From a virus: a stretch of DNA of 64,000 bases. The stretch covers positions 26,580 through 90,579 of IMG/VR virus record IMGVR_UViG_3300037504_001229; one strand, written 5' to 3'. This document shows, piece after piece, positions 1 to 10,293 of the stretch. The notes beneath the pieces were generated by a model. That model was not told where the DNA came from. It worked only from the letters and a program-made list of their open reading frames with translations, and searched no databases. The first letter of the stretch is position 1, and every line of letters starts with the position of its first letter. The position numbers were made by a program, and so were the translations under genes.

Positions 1-928
1 CTATCGAAACTATGAAATACATAAAGAGAAAACTCATCAAGTAGGTCTTAAAACTATTGTTACTGGAGGAATACAAGGATTTCTGAAGTCTTTTGAAAAA
101 TGGAAAAGAGATTTTACTCATGAGGATACTATTTTTTATTTTCTTTTTGATAACGCTACTACAAAGTCGAACCTTCGACAACAGATGATCGATCCTGCTT
201 ACAAGGAAAATAGAAAACAAAGACCTAAGTCTTTTTATAGAAGTATAGACTACTTAAGATTGATTTTAGAAAACTATGATAATAACTTATATTGTATATA
301 TGGAACAGGGTACGAAGCTGACGATATAGTCCCTTATGTCTTAAAAAATATCCCAAAAGATAGCAATAAACTTCTTATAAGTGAAGATTTAGATTGGAGT
401 AGACTTATATCAAAAAATATTCATCAGTACATGAAAAAAGAAATATTTGACGATAAAAGATTTCTTCAAAAATACGGATTTAAACCTACACTAGATAAAA
501 TAGTACTTTATAAAACAATAAAAGGAGATTCTTCCGATGGAATTCCTATAGGAGTAGAACGGTTTCCTACAAAGAAACTCATTAGGCTTGTAGATGATTA
601 TAAAGATATTTATGATGTATTTGATAACTTAAATATAATAGATTATTTAAATGAAACTTGGAAAAATAAGTTTAAAGAGAAAAAAAATAGATTAATATTA
701 AATTATCAACTTGTGTCTTTTTTTAAGTTAGATGAAAAATTTGTAAAAGAATGTACTAGTAAAGGACAATATAGACCAGAACAACTTAAAATAATCTATA
801 AATCTTTAGGATTTAAACTTGATGAAATAGATAAAAGAGTATATACTTATTTAAAAGAAAAGGAGGCTAAGAAAAAAGGCTATAACGGATTTCTAAAGCC
901 ACCAGAAGTATACTTAAAAAGGAAATAG
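1..928 (+). CDS. 5'-3' exonuclease (PolA 5' nuclease / T4 RNase H family), 5'-truncated by window edge
   Basis: Frame is open from nt 2 (..FLFDNATTKSNLRQQMIDPAYKENR); motifs YKENR, EADD, SEDLD, GDSSDGIPIG. Confidence 0.85.
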   Translation, partial: YRNYEIHKEKTHQVGLKTIVTGGIQGFLKSFEKWKRDFTHEDTIFYFLFDNATTKSNLRQQMIDPAYKENRKQRPKSFYRSIDYLRLILENYDNNLYCIYGTGYEADDIVPYVLKNIPKDSNKLLISEDLDWSRLISKNIHQYMKKEIFDDKRFLQKYGFKPTLDKIVLYKTIKGDSSDGIPIGVERFPTKKLIRLVDDYKDIYDVFDNLNIIDYLNETWKNKFKEKKNRLILNYQLVSFFKLDEKFVKECTSKGQYRPEQLKIIYKSLGFKLDEIDKRVYTYLKEKEAKKKGYNGFLKPPEVYLKRK

Positions 929-930
929 AA

Positions 931-2796
931 ATGTGGGAAGTAAATATTATTGAAAATGAAATAGAAGTATCTTTTTCAGGAGAAAATTTCGATGACTATA
1001 AATCCATTATGAAAAGTAATGGATTAATATTCAATAGTAGGAAAAAAGTATGGACTACATCTTCTCCTAAACTATTTAAAGATAAAGTTTTACCTATACT
1101 CCAAAGTATTGAACCAGGAAAAGTAAATGTTAATAAATTAAGCAAACTTGCAGAAAAAGAAGAATTAGAGTTAGATCAAACTTATTTTTTTAGAAATAAA
1201 CTTGATTTAGATAGTGTCAAACTTCCTTCTATAAAAGGGAAACCTCCTTACGAAGATTTTCAAATAGACTGTATCAAAAAAGGTATATGTCAAAATAGAT
1301 ACGGATTATTTTTGCAGATGGGTACAGGTAAGACGTTCATCGTAGTTTCCATATTAAATCAACTTTTTAAACAAAATAAAATAAATAAAGTTTTAGTTGT
1401 TTGTCCTGGTGAAGCTCTTTACAACTGGAGAAGAGAACTAAAAAGGTTTTCTACTTTTGCTGAAGATAACGAAAGTATCCTAATATCAACTGCAAATAAA
1501 AACAGAGATCCCTTACAAGATTTAGAAAAACCTGTATATGTTATGACATATCGTCATTTTCTAACTTTGTCGGATGATTATTATCAAAAAAAGAATAATA
1601 GAAAATCAACAAAATATATTAAACCAACTATTCCTTGGAATGAGTGGGGAACTAGTAGAGCTATAATACTTGACGAAAGTCACAATGCAAAGAACCCGCA
1701 GGCAAGACAAACAAAAGTTCTTTCTCTTCATAAAAAATATTTTGAATATAGATATCTTTTAACTGGTACACCTACTCCTAATGAATTTGGAGAAATATAT
1801 TCCCAGATTAGATTTTTAGATGAAAAAGTTATTCCTGAAAAAAGTTATTATCATTGGATAGGAAAAGTAGCACATATTGGAAATAGATTTAGCGCTTATG
1901 CTGTTAATAAAGAAAAGGGAGATAATGGATACAAAAGTGAAGAAGTAGAGGAAGAGCAAAAAAAGATAAGCCCTTTAGTTACTAGATACAAGTCTAACGA
2001 AGTTTTAGAACTTCCTGATCTAATGATTAAACCATATTATACAGAACTTACTGATATTCAAAAAGAAATATATCAACATATTGTTAATTATGTTATTTAT
2101 AAAGTAAAAGAGGAGAATGAAGGCAGACTTGTTCCTAAAAAAGTTTTTAACCAGTTTGCTTTTATAGTTCAAGCATATGAAAACGCTTGTTTGCTAAAAG
2201 GGAAAGTAGATCCTGTATATTCTTCTAAACTAAACAAGCTTATTGAAAAATTTAAATTTGACAATAAGCATCATGCTAAACTTAGTATAGTAGATAGTCT
2301 TTTAGAGGAATATCTAAATGAACAAAAAAAGAAAGTGGCTATAATGGATTACCATCCGTTAACTATCGAACAGATAGTAGAACGATATAAAAAATATAAT
2401 CCAGTTTTTATTCATGGGGGAAGTACTCCAAAAGAAAAAAGTAAAGACGAACATAGAGATCAAACTATAGAAAAGTTTAAACATGATAAAAATTGTAACT
2501 TGCTTGTAGGATCTTCTATGGTCCTTTCTACTGCTATTAACTTAACAGAATGTACAAGAGTTATTTATTTTTCTAGAAACTTTTCTTACTTAGATTGGAG
2601 TCAGTCTATAAAAAGATTTCACAGAATAGGAAGTTCAGAACCAGTTATAATAAATCCAATAATAAGTGAAAATACACTAGAGGAAAGGGTTGAAACTGCT
2701 TTACGGAATAAAAAAGACCTAGACGATACTATCTTTAGCAAAGATTATCTAACACAAGAGGAGTGGAAGAAAATATTCACTGGCAACTCTTTATGA
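931..2796 (+). CDS. SNF2-family helicase
   Basis: MGTGKT Walker A, ILDESH, LTGTP, QSIKRFHRIG motif VI. Confidence 0.9.
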   Translation: MWEVNIIENEIEVSFSGENFDDYKSIMKSNGLIFNSRKKVWTTSSPKLFKDKVLPILQSIEPGKVNVNKLSKLAEKEELELDQTYFFRNKLDLDSVKLPSIKGKPPYEDFQIDCIKKGICQNRYGLFLQMGTGKTFIVVSILNQLFKQNKINKVLVVCPGEALYNWRRELKRFSTFAEDNESILISTANKNRDPLQDLEKPVYVMTYRHFLTLSDDYYQKKNNRKSTKYIKPTIPWNEWGTSRAIILDESHNAKNPQARQTKVLSLHKKYFEYRYLLTGTPTPNEFGEIYSQIRFLDEKVIPEKSYYHWIGKVAHIGNRFSAYAVNKEKGDNGYKSEEVEEEQKKISPLVTRYKSNEVLELPDLMIKPYYTELTDIQKEIYQHIVNYVIYKVKEENEGRLVPKKVFNQFAFIVQAYENACLLKGKVDPVYSSKLNKLIEKFKFDNKHHAKLSIVDSLLEEYLNEQKKKVAIMDYHPLTIEQIVERYKKYNPVFIHGGSTPKEKSKDEHRDQTIEKFKHDKNCNLLVGSSMVLSTAINLTECTRVIYFSRNFSYLDWSQSIKRFHRIGSSEPVIINPIISENTLEERVETALRNKKDLDDTIFSKDYLTQEEWKKIFTGNSL

Positions 2797-2847
2797 AATT
2801 CTGTAAGTAGTATATAATATTAAAAATATATTTCGAAGGAGAAAAAA

Positions 2848-3108
2848 ATGAAAACAATTAAGGTTTTGTCAAAAAAGTATGGTGATTTTGAAGTTAGACT
2901 TAGTAGAGAAGATTATTCTAAAGTAAAAGGTCTTCCTATTGGAGTAAAGACAGAGGGCGGAACAAAAAGAACTTTAGTTCCGTATCTTTACGAAAAGGGT
3001 AAACAGAAGCAACTTTCTTCCTACCTTTTTGGAAACAAAGGTAGAGTTATTAGTTACAAGGACGGAGATCATTTTAATCTTACAAGATCTAACGTAAAGG
3101 TTGTATAA
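2848..3108 (+). CDS. small protein with degenerate HNH-like C-terminus
   Basis: VISYKDGDHFNLTRSNVKVV resembles the HNH_3 pattern but lacks the catalytic His; RBS and promoter upstream. Confidence 0.45.
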   Translation: MKTIKVLSKKYGDFEVRLSREDYSKVKGLPIGVKTEGGTKRTLVPYLYEKGKQKQLSSYLFGNKGRVISYKDGDHFNLTRSNVKVV

Positions 3109-3114
3109 GTAAAT

Positions 3115-3546
3115 ATGAAAAAGACAAGTGCTGGAGTAGTTCTAAGTGATGGAAGTTATGTCCTTATAGGACATGCTTCCGGAAAGCCAGAAAGAAACGG
3201 CTACGATATTTTTAAAGGCTGGGTTATGTTTGGAGTGGAAAATCCAGTTAAGGCCGCTCTTCGTGAATTAGAGGAGGAGAGTGGCATAGTTTTACTTCCT
3301 GATGAGATTGAAGAGTTAGGAAAGTTTAAATATCAGCCTAAAAAGGATCTAAAACTTTATCTTTATAGAAGTGAAAACTTGAAAAGAGAGTTTAAAATTG
3401 AGGATTTAAGATGTACATCTTTTATCCCTTTTAAAGGTATACCTGAAATAAATGGATATAAATTTTGTCCTATTAACAAACTTTCATATTTTCTATATAA
3501 TTCTCTTCATCCTATAGTTAATAAAATTATAAAGGAGAAATTTTAA
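3115..3546 (+). CDS. Nudix hydrolase (T4 NudE-like)
   Basis: Nudix box ..ENPVKAALRELEEESGI. Confidence 0.85.
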   Translation: MKKTSAGVVLSDGSYVLIGHASGKPERNGYDIFKGWVMFGVENPVKAALRELEEESGIVLLPDEIEELGKFKYQPKKDLKLYLYRSENLKREFKIEDLRCTSFIPFKGIPEINGYKFCPINKLSYFLYNSLHPIVNKIIKEKF

Positions 3547-4142
3547 TGATAGAATTTAATAGAACAAAATATACAAATTGTAAAGATTGTCCTTTAAATT
3601 CTATGAATAAAGTATTTGGAAGGGGTGACGAAGATAGAAATTTTAATAGTGGTATTATCTTTTTAGGAGAAGCACCTGGAGTAGAGGAAGACAGGCAGAA
3701 AAAACCTTTTGTAGGACAATCGGGAAAGCTTTTAGATTTAGTATTACATGAGGTTGGAATACATAGAGATTACTGTTGGATTACAAATAGAATTATTTGT
3801 AGACCACCTCAAAATAACTTTAATGCAGATGGTTTACCTGAAGCAATAAGTTTATGTTCTCATGGGTTATTTCAAGAGTTTAAATATTTAAGAGAAGAAG
3901 CTGGATATAAAATTATTGTTCCTCTTGGAGCTAATGCTTTAGGAGCTTTTAAACTTAAAGGAATAAAAAGATATAAAGGGCAAGTTATAAATGATATAGA
4001 TTTAGATATGAAAGTTATTCCAACATATCATCCTTCGTATCTAGTAAGAAACGGAGGTAAAATTTTAAAAGAAGAAAATAATGAACTTTGGGAAAGTTGG
4101 AAAAAGGATTTTGAACTAGTAAAGGAGATTAGTAATGCCTGA
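3546..4142 (+). CDS. uracil-DNA glycosylase family 4
   Basis: CxxCPL, GEAPG, PFVGQSG, CRPP, TYHPS. Confidence 0.9.
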   Translation: MIEFNRTKYTNCKDCPLNSMNKVFGRGDEDRNFNSGIIFLGEAPGVEEDRQKKPFVGQSGKLLDLVLHEVGIHRDYCWITNRIICRPPQNNFNADGLPEAISLCSHGLFQEFKYLREEAGYKIIVPLGANALGAFKLKGIKRYKGQVINDIDLDMKVIPTYHPSYLVRNGGKILKEENNELWESWKKDFELVKEISNA

Positions 4143-4515
4143 AAATAAAATTATACTTCATACAGAAACTGTTATAGATTCAGCACATAAGTTAGAACTC
4201 TATAATGGGGCATGCTCACGTATCCATGGCCACTCGTGGCTTGTAAAAGTTTGGATTAAAGGAACACCAGAAGATCAAGACAAAGTAGGTATTATTTTTG
4301 ATTTTGGAAAAGTAAAGGATATTAAAGAAAAACTTGATCATAGATATATTAATGACGTTGTTAACTTTAATCCTACAGCTGAAAACTTAGTTATGTTTAT
4401 TTATGATTTGCTAAAAAGAGATTACCCAAGTTTAGAGTTTTGTGTTAGAATATACGAAACAGCAGTAGGGAAAGAAACTTGGGCACAATATGGAGATTTT
4501 GAATGGGTAAGTTAG
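4135..4515 (+). CDS. queD: 6-carboxy-5,6,7,8-tetrahydropterin synthase
   Basis: SAHKL, CSRIHGHSW, LDHRYIN, NPTAEN, YET. Confidence 0.93.
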   Translation: MPENKIILHTETVIDSAHKLELYNGACSRIHGHSWLVKVWIKGTPEDQDKVGIIFDFGKVKDIKEKLDHRYINDVVNFNPTAENLVMFIYDLLKRDYPSLEFCVRIYETAVGKETWAQYGDFEWVS

Positions 4516-5174
4516 TTAGATTAGCAGAAGAACCTTTTTATGGATTTCAAGGGGAGGGTTCAACTCAAGGGAAGCTTTCTCTTTTCATTCGTTTTTCGGG
4601 GTGCAATTTGTCATGTACTCTATGTGATTCTACTTTTGCAAGTAGGCAACATGAGGAACATATTTTTGAGCTAGGTTATTTAAAAAGAGTAGTAGAAGAA
4701 AGGAATAGTAATATTGTATTTACTGGTGGAGAGCCTTTTCTTTATATAGATAAACTATATGATTTTATTTGCTCAATAGAAAATACTGTTGAGATAGAAA
4801 CAAACGGAACTATTGTTCCAGATGAATTGTACGGATTTATGCATGGAGGGGTACAGTTTAATATTTCCCCCAAAGAAAATATAAAACAAGATTCTATTAT
4901 AGATACAAAACCTCATCTTTTAAGAGAGCTAAAAAGGTATGATAGATATTGTGTCAAGTTTCTTTTACAAGATGATAGTGATATTGATTATGTTAAAGAT
5001 GTTCAAAGTAGATATAATATTCCAGATGAGAAAGTTTATATACAACCTGTAGGAACTCATCGAGAAGCTCTTTATAAAATTGTAGAAAAGTATTATAATA
5101 CTATTATAGGTAACAAATGGAACTTGAGTGCAAGGCTTCATGTTCTATTTTTTAATGATAAGAGAGGAGTTTAA
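4503..5174 (+). CDS. queE: 7-carboxy-7-deazaguanine synthase (radical SAM)
   Basis: FQGEG, FIRFSGCNLSCTLCDS, TGGEP, IETNGT, SPK. Confidence 0.93.
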   Translation: MGKLVRLAEEPFYGFQGEGSTQGKLSLFIRFSGCNLSCTLCDSTFASRQHEEHIFELGYLKRVVEERNSNIVFTGGEPFLYIDKLYDFICSIENTVEIETNGTIVPDELYGFMHGGVQFNISPKENIKQDSIIDTKPHLLRELKRYDRYCVKFLLQDDSDIDYVKDVQSRYNIPDEKVYIQPVGTHREALYKIVEKYYNTIIGNKWNLSARLHVLFFNDKRGV

Positions 5175-5783
5175 ATGATACCTAGTAATGGTAATAAAGT
5201 TATTAATAATGTAAGTAGAAGTAATATGATTCGTATGGTTTCAGAAAAATTTAAAGAAATTCTTGATATAATGAGCTTTGATTTAGAAGATCAACAAATT
5301 AAAGATACTCCTAACCGTTGGGCAAAAATGATGATTAATGAACTATTGTCTGGATGTTATACAGAAGAACCTAAAATGACTGTTTTTAAAAATACAAAGA
5401 AGTACGACGAAATAATATTTTTAGGACCAATACAAATTAAAAGTCTTTGTTCGCATCATGTTGTTCCGTTTCGAGGAAAGGCGTATTTAGCTTACATTCC
5501 TGGAGATTATGTTTGTGGGATTTCTAAGCTTTCTCGGATTGTTAATTGGTTTATGCGAAGACCTCAAATACAAGAGGAACTAACAAAACAAATTGCTGAC
5601 TATATGGAAGATAAACTGAAACCAAAAGGATGTGCAGTTTATATTGAAGCTCAACATGAGTGTATGATTATTAGAGGAGTAGAAGAAAGTGATAGTTGGA
5701 TGAAGACAAGTGATATGAGAGGTGGGTTTAAGAAAAAGTCTTCTACAAGAAAAGAATTTTTTGATATGGTAAATAAAAGCTAA
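5175..5783 (+). CDS. folE: GTP cyclohydrolase I
   Basis: DTPNRWAK, SLCSHH, GISKLSR, QIQEELT, HECMIIRGV. Confidence 0.95.
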   Translation: MIPSNGNKVINNVSRSNMIRMVSEKFKEILDIMSFDLEDQQIKDTPNRWAKMMINELLSGCYTEEPKMTVFKNTKKYDEIIFLGPIQIKSLCSHHVVPFRGKAYLAYIPGDYVCGISKLSRIVNWFMRRPQIQEELTKQIADYMEDKLKPKGCAVYIEAQHECMIIRGVEESDSWMKTSDMRGGFKKKSSTRKEFFDMVNKS

Positions 5784-6118
5784 TGAAAAAATTTATTTGG
5801 ATAACTACTCAGTTCGAAGGGACTCATTATTACCCTTATGCTCCAGAAGAAGTTGCATTTCTAAGAAATGAACATAGACATATATTTCATTTAAAAGTAC
5901 GGATAGAAGTTTTTTCGAATGATAGAGAAATAGAATTTATACTTTTTAAAAGGTTTATAAATTCTTTAATATCATCAAGAAATTTTAACCATAGATCTTG
6001 TGAAATGATTAGTGATGATCTATATAATCTTATAAGAAAAGAGTATCCTAATAGAGAAATTAGAATTGAAGTATCAGAAGATAATGAGAACGGGAGTTAT
6101 ATAGAATATGGAAAATAA
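5783..6118 (+). CDS. QueD-like T-fold protein, putative CDG decarboxylase (DpdL-type)
   Basis: LxxxHRHxF signature (LRNEHRHIF), SCEMI, VSEDNENG; lies within the deazaguanine operon. Confidence 0.65.
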   Translation: MKKFIWITTQFEGTHYYPYAPEEVAFLRNEHRHIFHLKVRIEVFSNDREIEFILFKRFINSLISSRNFNHRSCEMISDDLYNLIRKEYPNREIRIEVSEDNENGSYIEYGK

Positions 6119-7049
6119 GTATTTTGAAGACTTAGATAACTTTATGTCTAATGTTGAATATCCTTATATATATCAAATTGAAGTTACAGAAAGATGTAAC
6201 TTACAATGTCCTATGTGCCTTAATAAAGAAATGACTAATAAACAAGATCTTAAAATGGATCTTTTAGATATAATAATAGAGAATGATTATTTAAGGGATA
6301 CTCCTTATACTGAGTTACAAATGTCAGGAGAGCCTATTCTACATCCTAATCTACTTGAAATAATCTATAAAATTCGAAGTACAGGAACTATGGTAGGTAT
6401 GTCTTCTAACTTAGCTAAAAAAATAGATAGTAAGTTATTAAAAACATATAACAGTTTAGATAGCCTTACTATATCCTTTGATGTGTTTGATAAGGAGTTA
6501 TACGAAGTTTCTAGATATCCTAATAAGTGGGAAAGTTTTTTATCTAACTTTGAATTTTTGATGGAACATGTTTCTCCTAATGTTTTAGTATTTGTACAAT
6601 TATTATACTCAGATTGGACTAAAGAAAAATTTAAAGAAAGTAAAGATAAGCTATATGATTTTTTAATAAAAAATGATTTTCTTAAAGATAATATTATTAT
6701 AAGGTATGTGGATGACTGTTTTATAGAACAAAGAGAGGATAGTAGTTCTTTTTACGTAGGGAAGAAGGGATTTTGTATTAATCCATTTTTATCGGTCTCG
6801 ATTAAAGCTGATGGAATAGTTGTACCTTGTTGTTTTGATTTTAAAAAGGAACTACCTTTAGGTAACTTATATAATACTAAATTAGAAGATATTTGGAACG
6901 GAGATAAAATGCAACTATTAAGAGATCAACATTTAGGGAAAGAATTTTTACCTGAAAAATGTAGAAAATGTTATTATAGATCACCGATAAGATTGATTTA
7001 TTCTTTCTTATCTGATTTAATTAAGTTTAAAAATACAGGGAGTTTATAA
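6108..7049 (+). CDS. radical SAM protein with SPASM/twitch domain
   Basis: CNLQCPMC, SGEP, C-terminal CINPF..DGIVVPCC..CRKC. Confidence 0.88.
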   Translation: MENKYFEDLDNFMSNVEYPYIYQIEVTERCNLQCPMCLNKEMTNKQDLKMDLLDIIIENDYLRDTPYTELQMSGEPILHPNLLEIIYKIRSTGTMVGMSSNLAKKIDSKLLKTYNSLDSLTISFDVFDKELYEVSRYPNKWESFLSNFEFLMEHVSPNVLVFVQLLYSDWTKEKFKESKDKLYDFLIKNDFLKDNIIIRYVDDCFIEQREDSSSFYVGKKGFCINPFLSVSIKADGIVVPCCFDFKKELPLGNLYNTKLEDIWNGDKMQLLRDQHLGKEFLPEKCRKCYYRSPIRLIYSFLSDLIKFKNTGSL

Positions 7050-7050
7050 T

Positions 7051-8094
7051 ATGAAAGTTTATTTAATAACTTTAGAATCCATTGAAACAAGATATACTGG
7101 ACAATGGAAAAGGTGGATTAAAGATTATTTTGATAAGAAAGGAGTAGCTACAGTACAAATAGATGGAGATACTCTATCTGCTGGTAACTTGAATAATAAA
7201 AATTTTTTAGATGTATGTAAAACAAATATTTGGAAGTCTGAACAAATTATTAAAGTAAGTAAACTTTTTCATAATAATAAAGTTAAAGACGGAGATATTT
7301 TTTTATTTTATGATGCATGGCATTATGGATCAGTAGCTATTAAATATATGTTAGACCTTAATAATATACAGGGTAAAATTTATGGAATTTGGCACGCAGG
7401 AAGTTATGATCCTAACGATCTTTTAGGTGATTATTATGATCATTTTAGAACATTTGAAAAGAGTTTATTTGAAGATATTTATGATAAATCTTTCGTAGCT
7501 ACTAACTATCATAAAGAGCTAATCGAAGAAAACCTTTTTATTGAGTATCCTAAAAGGATTAAAGTAACTGGATTCCCTTATGAGTTTAATCATTTACAAA
7601 AGTTTGAAAAAGAAAAGAAAGAAGATTTAGTAGTTTTTCCTCATAGATTGTCTCGAGAAAAACAACCGGAAATTTTAAAAGATTTAGCTTCTAACTTAAG
7701 TGAAGAGGGAATAAAAGTAATATTCTGTCAAGAGAGAAAACTATCTAAGGAGGAATATCATAAGATATTAGCAAAGTCTAAAATAGTTTTTTCTGCTAAC
7801 TTACAAGAAACTTGGGGGATCGGAACTTTCGAAGGACTTTATTTAAATTGTATTCCTGTTATTCCCGATAGGTTAAGCTACAAAGAAATGTATTATAATA
7901 CATTTAAATATCCTTCGGACTGGACAAAATCTTTCGAATCGTATAAACTACATAAAAGTGAGTTATTAAACTTTTTGATCGAAAAAGTTAAAAACTATAA
8001 TGCTTATAAGGAAAGCATGTATGAAAATATAAACTTTCTTCAAGAAGTTTATTGTACATTCGATAATATTTATAAGGGAGTGACAAATGATTAA
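7051..8094 (+). CDS. GT-B (GT4-like) glycosyltransferase
   Basis: VFPHRLSREKQ, ETWGIGTFEG (ExFG..E-type motif), WHAGSYDP. Confidence 0.75.
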   Translation: MKVYLITLESIETRYTGQWKRWIKDYFDKKGVATVQIDGDTLSAGNLNNKNFLDVCKTNIWKSEQIIKVSKLFHNNKVKDGDIFLFYDAWHYGSVAIKYMLDLNNIQGKIYGIWHAGSYDPNDLLGDYYDHFRTFEKSLFEDIYDKSFVATNYHKELIEENLFIEYPKRIKVTGFPYEFNHLQKFEKEKKEDLVVFPHRLSREKQPEILKDLASNLSEEGIKVIFCQERKLSKEEYHKILAKSKIVFSANLQETWGIGTFEGLYLNCIPVIPDRLSYKEMYYNTFKYPSDWTKSFESYKLHKSELLNFLIEKVKNYNAYKESMYENINFLQEVYCTFDNIYKGVTND

Positions 8095-9340
8095 GGATGA
8101 GTTTTTTAAAAACAGAAAATCAATATATCTACCTGCTCTTTCAGCCTCAGCAGCAGAAGGGTTGATGAAAGATAGGAAAAGTTTTAATGGTCAATCTTAT
8201 AGATTTTATAACTCTAGTCCGGATAGTGAGGATTTTTATAATGCTCTTTTAGTATCTTCGGGTCATTATTATAAAAAATTAGATACTACAAAAAAGATGG
8301 GAATAGATCTAGATAAAACTTTTGTAATGGGAGATAGCGGAGGATATCAACTAGCAACAGGGTATTTAACTTTTTCTAACGATATAGTTGAGAAAATTTT
8401 TAACTGGCTCGAGCATAATTCAAACTATGCTATGAACCTAGATCTTCCTCCCTATGTTTCTAGAGAAAATAAGAAAAGAATATCCGAGGATTTTTTTAAT
8501 AAAAGATTAGAGCAGAGTGTAAAGAACTTTGAATATTTTATGAAAAATAGAACTGGTAAAGTAAGATATTTAAATGTACTTCATGGAAGGAAAAAGGAGC
8601 ACTTAACAACATGGTATAATGCGGTTAAGGATTTTGATTTTGACGGGGGGTGGTCTTTAGGGTCAGTTAGTTCTAACTTGTTTTATATTTTACAAAGTTT
8701 TTTCCTTTTAAAAGAAAAGGGTGAGTTTGAAAGACTAAACAAAAAGAAAACTCCTACTATTATTCATATTTTAGGATTCTCAAAAGTATATAATCTTTAC
8801 TATGTAAGTTACTTACAAAAGAAGTTAAAAGATTATGGTTACGATAATATTACAATAACTTACGATTCTTCTTCTCCTGCATTAACAGCTGCTTATGGAA
8901 GATATATATTTTCTTCAGTATTAAGAACATTTAAGTATTTAGTTTTTTCGAATAAGTACGATTACAAGGATGTTCCAAAAGGTGTACCTTTACCTTGTGA
9001 ATGTCCTTTTTGTAGGAATGTAACTTTTGATACACTTTTTACTGAAGGTCTAAATAGTAAAGGGGGATTTTCTACTCAACTATATAATCTAATATGTTTT
9101 CATAATCTGTATAAAGTATTAGAACTTAAAAAGAAGATTGATAGAATAGTAGATTTTGATAACTACGATCTTCAAAAACAGTTCTTCGGAGAAACTGATG
9201 CTTTAATCTTTGAAGCTATAAGTGAAGCATTTAAAAAAGATAAACCTTTTGAATTTATTAGAAACATGTATAGCAATATTACAAACGGATATGGCAATAT
9301 TAAGATAGGTGATGCAGAAATGCCTACATTTTTCGGTTAA
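8087..9340 (+). CDS. dpdA: DpdA/TGT-fold base-exchange transglycosylase
   Basis: GDSGGYQ, NLDLPP, VLHG, IHILG, YDSSSP, Zn site CECPFC...HN; adjacent to folE/queD/queE. Confidence 0.8.
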   Translation: MIKDEFFKNRKSIYLPALSASAAEGLMKDRKSFNGQSYRFYNSSPDSEDFYNALLVSSGHYYKKLDTTKKMGIDLDKTFVMGDSGGYQLATGYLTFSNDIVEKIFNWLEHNSNYAMNLDLPPYVSRENKKRISEDFFNKRLEQSVKNFEYFMKNRTGKVRYLNVLHGRKKEHLTTWYNAVKDFDFDGGWSLGSVSSNLFYILQSFFLLKEKGEFERLNKKKTPTIIHILGFSKVYNLYYVSYLQKKLKDYGYDNITITYDSSSPALTAAYGRYIFSSVLRTFKYLVFSNKYDYKDVPKGVPLPCECPFCRNVTFDTLFTEGLNSKGGFSTQLYNLICFHNLYKVLELKKKIDRIVDFDNYDLQKQFFGETDALIFEAISEAFKKDKPFEFIRNMYSNITNGYGNIKIGDAEMPTFFG

Positions 9341-9342
9341 TT

Positions 9343-10293
9343 ATGATTTTACTAACACATAATGTAGATTTAGATGGTCTCGGAAGTGTAATTCTATCAA
9401 AGTTTGCTCATATTGAATATGATAAAATACTAATGAGTTCTTACGAGGAGAATGATTATGAACTTCTTGCTCCTCACGGAGATAAAGAACAAACTTTGAT
9501 TGCTACTGACTATCGAGTTTCTCAAGAGTTATTTAGTTTTTTCAGTAAAGATTTTAAGGATTTTCTTGCATTTGATCATCACGAAGAAACATTACAGTTT
9601 AAAGATGATGAAAGAGTATTTGTTGATATAACTAAATGTGGAACAAGACTATTTTACGAGAACTTCGTAGTAGATGAAATTAAAAATAAAACAAGTGATT
9701 ATTTAGTTACTCTAATAGATACATACGATATGTGGAGAAAAGAGTCTGAACATTGGGAGGAGGCAAACAACTTAAATAGAGTTCTTTGGTCTACTATGAA
9801 CTATACAGTTCCAGATAGAGATATAAATAAATACAACTTTTTTCTTAATCTTCAACTAGAAAAGTTAAGGAGAGATGAATTTCGATGGACTAACTACGAG
9901 TTAGATAAAATAAGTTATGCAAAAATGAAGGAAGATCAAGCTTTTGAAAAAGCTTTAAGTATGTTAAAAATAAGGGAAGATAGAAAAGGGCGAAAGTTTG
10001 GTATCTGGTGGGGTAGAAATAAGATTAGTCAAGTTTGTAGTAGGTTGATGGAAGAGATAGAAGATTTAGATTATGTTATTAGTATAAATACTTTTCAACC
10101 TAGAGGGAAAAAAGATGCTGTAAATGGAAAAGTCTCTGTTAGGGCAAACGAAAAAAGTGATTTTAGTGTTAGAGATTTAGTAGGGATAGAAGGACATAAA
10201 GGCGCAGGAGGTGGAGAGTTCTCAGTACCCTTCTTGATAAATTTATGGAACGGATATATAATGCAGATACCTTATCAAAGGAGTTCCTCTTAA
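9343..10293 (+). CDS. DHH family phosphoesterase
   Basis: THNVDLDG, FDHH, GHKGAGG. Confidence 0.85.
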   Translation: MILLTHNVDLDGLGSVILSKFAHIEYDKILMSSYEENDYELLAPHGDKEQTLIATDYRVSQELFSFFSKDFKDFLAFDHHEETLQFKDDERVFVDITKCGTRLFYENFVVDEIKNKTSDYLVTLIDTYDMWRKESEHWEEANNLNRVLWSTMNYTVPDRDINKYNFFLNLQLEKLRRDEFRWTNYELDKISYAKMKEDQAFEKALSMLKIREDRKGRKFGIWWGRNKISQVCSRLMEEIEDLDYVISINTFQPRGKKDAVNGKVSVRANEKSDFSVRDLVGIEGHKGAGGGEFSVPFLINLWNGYIMQIPYQRSSS

